Below, one piece after another: positions 33,823-35,782 of a stretch of DNA of 35,782 bases (position 1 is the first letter of the stretch; each line of letters starts with the position of its first letter). The notes under the pieces were generated by a model, which had not been told where the DNA came from, made no database searches, and was given only the letters and a program-made list of their open reading frames with translations. The DNA is from Candidatus Moraniibacteriota bacterium. GTDB taxonomy: Bacteria > Patescibacteriota > Minisyncoccia > Moranbacterales > UBA2206. The position numbers and the translations under genes are program-made. Where the stretch lies: contig JBAXKA010000003.1 of the NCBI GenBank assembly GCA_037137555.1, positions 1 through 35,782 of the forward strand, in the 5' to 3' direction.

Positions 33823-34957
33823 AAATACCCAGAAATTTCTTTATTCATTTTTAAGATTTTTTTGGCGAATGCACGGGTCGAATAACTCAGATATAAATAA
33901 TTAAAATTAATTTTAAAAAACAAAGTATGAAAAACAAAAGAGGAAACGTTGCCGTAATTGCGCTTATCATCGTTATTGTGGCAATTACAACAGGCGTAAT
34001 CACTTGGCTTATCGCGACAAAAACACAAGCGCCAGTTCAGCAGGCAGTTGTAACTCAACCTGCGCCAGTTGCAAAAACACAGCCAGTAGTTCAATCTACC
34101 ACGCCAACTGCACAGTCAACACCAGCTAGCGATGTGAGTAAACAGGGCATTAAAGAATATAAATCAGGGAATACATTCAGTTTTAATTATCCTTCTCAAG
34201 TTTGTGATCCTGAAAGTAAAAAATGTTATCCGATTGTGTTGTCTGAAGATAAATCAGTAATCACACTAAATGCTTCAGAAGGTGGTTTATTTAAGATTTA
34301 TTATGGTACAAATATTACTGATGATAAATCAGCTAATAATTTCTTACAAACCACATTGAAGAACGGACTATGCAAGATTGATACAACTGAAACTAATATG
34401 CTACAAGGAACAACGATTAAAAATGTTTTCTTAGATGGAGGTTGTTCTCTTTATGGTCCTGCATATGAAAAATATTCTTCTGCTCATCCGGATGCAATTG
34501 GCTTAGCTGGAAAAAATAGGGCTTATTGGGCAACTGATAGCAAGGAAATGATTGTCTATGTTCTTGGTCAGGGAGGTGGTTGTTCATTTCTTGATTGTGA
34601 ATTGGAAGGAAAAATATCAGAAAGTATTAACCTTGGTGGAATCAATGTATTTGATAAATCTATGAGTGGAATTTAAAAACAGTGTCGCAAAAGAAATAAT
34701 TTTTTGAATTCATAAATGCAATTCGCCAAAAAATACATTAAGGAGGAAGAAATTTCTGGGTACATCACATAACAGCCCATATCTGGCTACAGGAAATTGA
34801 CGCTATTGAAAACAATATTGAGTGTCAATTTCCCTCCGCCCAAATTTTCATCCCTTAGTTTTGATGAAGGTTTAGGTGGAGTTCATCAAAAAATATATCA
34901 GCCTATAATCAAAGTCTATCCTATAAAACGGGATGAAAACTTCAGATATGGGCAACG
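33816..34957 (+). mobile_element. Gene cassette 3
   Basis: Opens TTATGTG and ends at G of GTTAGGCG. The IR arms are 33815-33872 and 34718-34773, with a perfect 16-bp block at 33826-41/34747-62. Confidence 0.75.
33927..34676 (+). CDS. Cassette 3 ORF: membrane-anchored extracytoplasmic protein with P/T/Q/V-rich linker
   Basis: 249 aa. N-terminal TM (VAVIALIIVIVAITTGVITWLIA), the linker QAPVQQAVVTQPAPVAKTQPVVQSTTPTAQSTPA, and a Cys-containing globular domain. Confidence 0.65.
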   Translation: MKNKRGNVAVIALIIVIVAITTGVITWLIATKTQAPVQQAVVTQPAPVAKTQPVVQSTTPTAQSTPASDVSKQGIKEYKSGNTFSFNYPSQVCDPESKKCYPIVLSEDKSVITLNASEGGLFKIYYGTNITDDKSANNFLQTTLKNGLCKIDTTETNMLQGTTIKNVFLDGGCSLYGPAYEKYSSAHPDAIGLAGKNRAYWATDSKEMIVYVLGQGGGCSFLDCELEGKISESINLGGINVFDKSMSGI

Positions 34958-34964
34958 TTAGGCG
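34766..34964 (+). other. attC-like site 3 (199 bp)
   Basis: R'' CACATAAC; P1 CCCATATCTG (34776-85) pairs with CAGATATGGG (34943-52); P2 AGGAAATTGAC (34791-801) pairs with GTCAATTTCC (34824-33); conserved CCGCCCAAATT (34836-46); P3 TTTCATCCC (34846-54) pairs with GGGATGAAA (34930-38); R' GTTAGGCG (34957-64). Confidence 0.75.
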
Positions 34965-35072
34965 AAAAAACTAAAAATTTCCTCTCTATTTTTGAAAAGA
35001 ATTTTTGGCAATTTTGCTCGGTCGATAACTCGGTATATAATTAAGATAAGTTTAACAAATTAAAAAAAAATT

Positions 35073-35627
35073 ATGAAAAAAGTATTAGCAATAAGTTCGG
35101 TGTTGCTTGGAGTCGTCTTTTTGGCTGGGTGTGGTCAACAGCCGGTGAGTCAAACGCAGCCAACAACGCCAGCTCCCATAGTGAAACAGCCAGCAACTAC
35201 TCCTCCGGTCGCAACTCAACCAGCGCCAACAACTCCAGCCGTCACTCAAAATTACATTGAAGTAAAAGAATTGGGATTCAAGATTCCCGTTGATGCCTCA
35301 AGCGCAAATGAGATAACTTACAAAATTACACAAGTCACAAAAGACAGTCCAACTCCTGGCGTGTACTTTTCAACCAAGGAGCTAAACTCAATGAGTAAGG
35401 ATTGCGAAGAAGGATCGATTGGGGCAATTTCAAAAGTGTCTGGCAAAGTATCCACAGATCCTAATTCAGAAAATTTCATGCCAGGAGAAATAAAACAACT
35501 CCAAGGTTTTTCACTGGTATTTCAGACTCCTCAAGCCCCTTGTCACTCCGGCGACAACTCTCTGGATAGAAAATTTATGCAAATCCTTGAAACTGGATTT
35601 AAAAATGCGGTTCTACTTGGTCAGTAA
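35073..35627 (+). CDS. Cassette 4 ORF: lipoprotein with P/T/Q-rich linker
   Basis: 184 aa. Signal peptide with lipobox (VFLAGC|GQQ), the linker QPTTPAPIVKQPATTPPVATQPAPTTPAV, and then a globular domain. Confidence 0.7.
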   Translation: MKKVLAISSVLLGVVFLAGCGQQPVSQTQPTTPAPIVKQPATTPPVATQPAPTTPAVTQNYIEVKELGFKIPVDASSANEITYKITQVTKDSPTPGVYFSTKELNSMSKDCEEGSIGAISKVSGKVSTDPNSENFMPGEIKQLQGFSLVFQTPQAPCHSGDNSLDRKFMQILETGFKNAVLLGQ

Positions 35628-35674
35628 ATTGCCAAAAATTCTTTATCATTAAGAATGGAAATTTTTAGTTTCAT

Positions 35675-35782
35675 CGCCTAACAACGCATATCTGGCTACA
35701 GGAAAATCACTCAAATATATTCAAAGGATGTGATTTTCCCTCCGCCCAAATTTTCATCCCTTAGTTTTGATGAAGGTTTAGG
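35675..35782 (+). other. attC-like site 4 (partial)
   Basis: R'' CGCCTAAC (35675-82), the reverse complement of the cassette 4 opening GTTAGGCG; P1 5' strand GCATATCTG; P2 AGGAAAATCAC/GTGATTTTCC (covaries with site 3). The rest is near-identical to site 3 up to the window edge. Confidence 0.7.

Larger units (their letters stand above)
30102..35782. mobile_element. Integron-like platform: recombinase, face-to-face promoters, attI, at least 4 gene cassettes (array truncated by the window end)
   Basis: See the individual features. The opening 8-mer is the reverse complement of the same cassette's inverse core in 4/4 cassettes. Confidence 0.8.
34958..35782 (+). mobile_element. Gene cassette 4 (3' end beyond the window)
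   Basis: Opens TTAGGCG. The IR arms are 34957-35013 and 35627-35682, with perfect blocks of 15 bp (34968-82/35657-71) and 17 bp (34997-35013/35627-43); the 17-bp block starts in the stop codon. Confidence 0.7.

Noticed and set aside
30860-34094. ORFs 30860-31078 (+), 31132-31371 (-), 31778-32107 (-), 33090-33275 (-), 33527-33715 (+) and 33816-34094 (-) in the integron region.
   Set aside because: They run through attI, the inverted-repeat arms or the attC-like sites, or lie antisense to cassette ORFs. The underlying sequence is explained by conserved DNA/RNA structure, and the translations are low-complexity.
32283-35782. I considered whether the repeated inter-ORF elements are a CRISPR array, riboswitches/ncRNA genes, or group II intron fragments.
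   Set aside because: The units are 89-199 bp structured palindromes spaced by ~1-kb ORFs, which is not the 25-40 bp repeat/spacer periodicity of CRISPR. They lie 3' of ORFs, which is not a riboswitch position. Their outer 8-mers follow the cassette-specific complementarity rule, which only a recombination-site model explains. A transcribed RNA role, for example as a terminator or for UTR pairing, is not excluded.
1-35782. Alternative genetic code (UGA recoding, as in some CPR lineages), tRNA/rRNA genes, and IS elements or transposases.
   Set aside because: Well-supported genes terminate at TAA, TAG and TGA without conserved read-through (e.g. the T5orf172 and GT4 genes end in TGA). I found no T-loop/acceptor-like tRNA signatures or rRNA-like conserved stretches by eye, and no DDE/HUH transposase-like ORF. 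A tRNAscan/Infernal run would be needed to be certain.

Overview
AT-rich bacterial chromosomal window. The gene content suggests a Patescibacteria/CPR-type genome (inference): four very large GT-C/PMT-like membrane glycosyltransferases, GT2/GT4 enzymes, GalU, ClpB, two HtrA-like proteins, LepA, an FtsB-like protein, a parvulin PPIase, standard stop codons and almost no Shine-Dalgarno sequences. Two accessory regions stand out.
(1) 30.1-35.8 kb is an integron-like platform. A short IntI/Xer-like tyrosine recombinase lies divergent from a perfect consensus promoter, an attI-like site and at least four same-strand gene cassettes; the array runs off the window. Each cassette opens with an 8-mer (GTTATCTG, GTTAGCTG, GTTATGTG, GTTAGGCG). 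That 8-mer is the exact reverse complement of the inverse core that starts the same cassette's own 3' attC-like element, in 4 of 4 cases. This is the classical G|TT cassette signature. Three aspects are non-canonical: the recombinase lacks the IntI-specific insertion; the attC-like sites fold as three-way junctions with covarying stems and a conserved CCRCCCAAATT strand; and every ORF is bracketed by long inverted repeats (55-135 bp) extending far beyond the core. The cargo is secreted, lipo- and membrane proteins.
(2) 3.6-8.6 kb is a small defence islet. It holds a T5orf172/GIY-YIG-like protein and a Fic protein with a degenerate active site, enclosed by 250-bp direct repeats, followed by a type II R-M pair. 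It sits on a recombinase-less relic of the same Pc/attI region, and its leaders and one 3' hairpin are homologous to those of cassette 1.
I recognised no rRNA, tRNA, CRISPR array or transposase.
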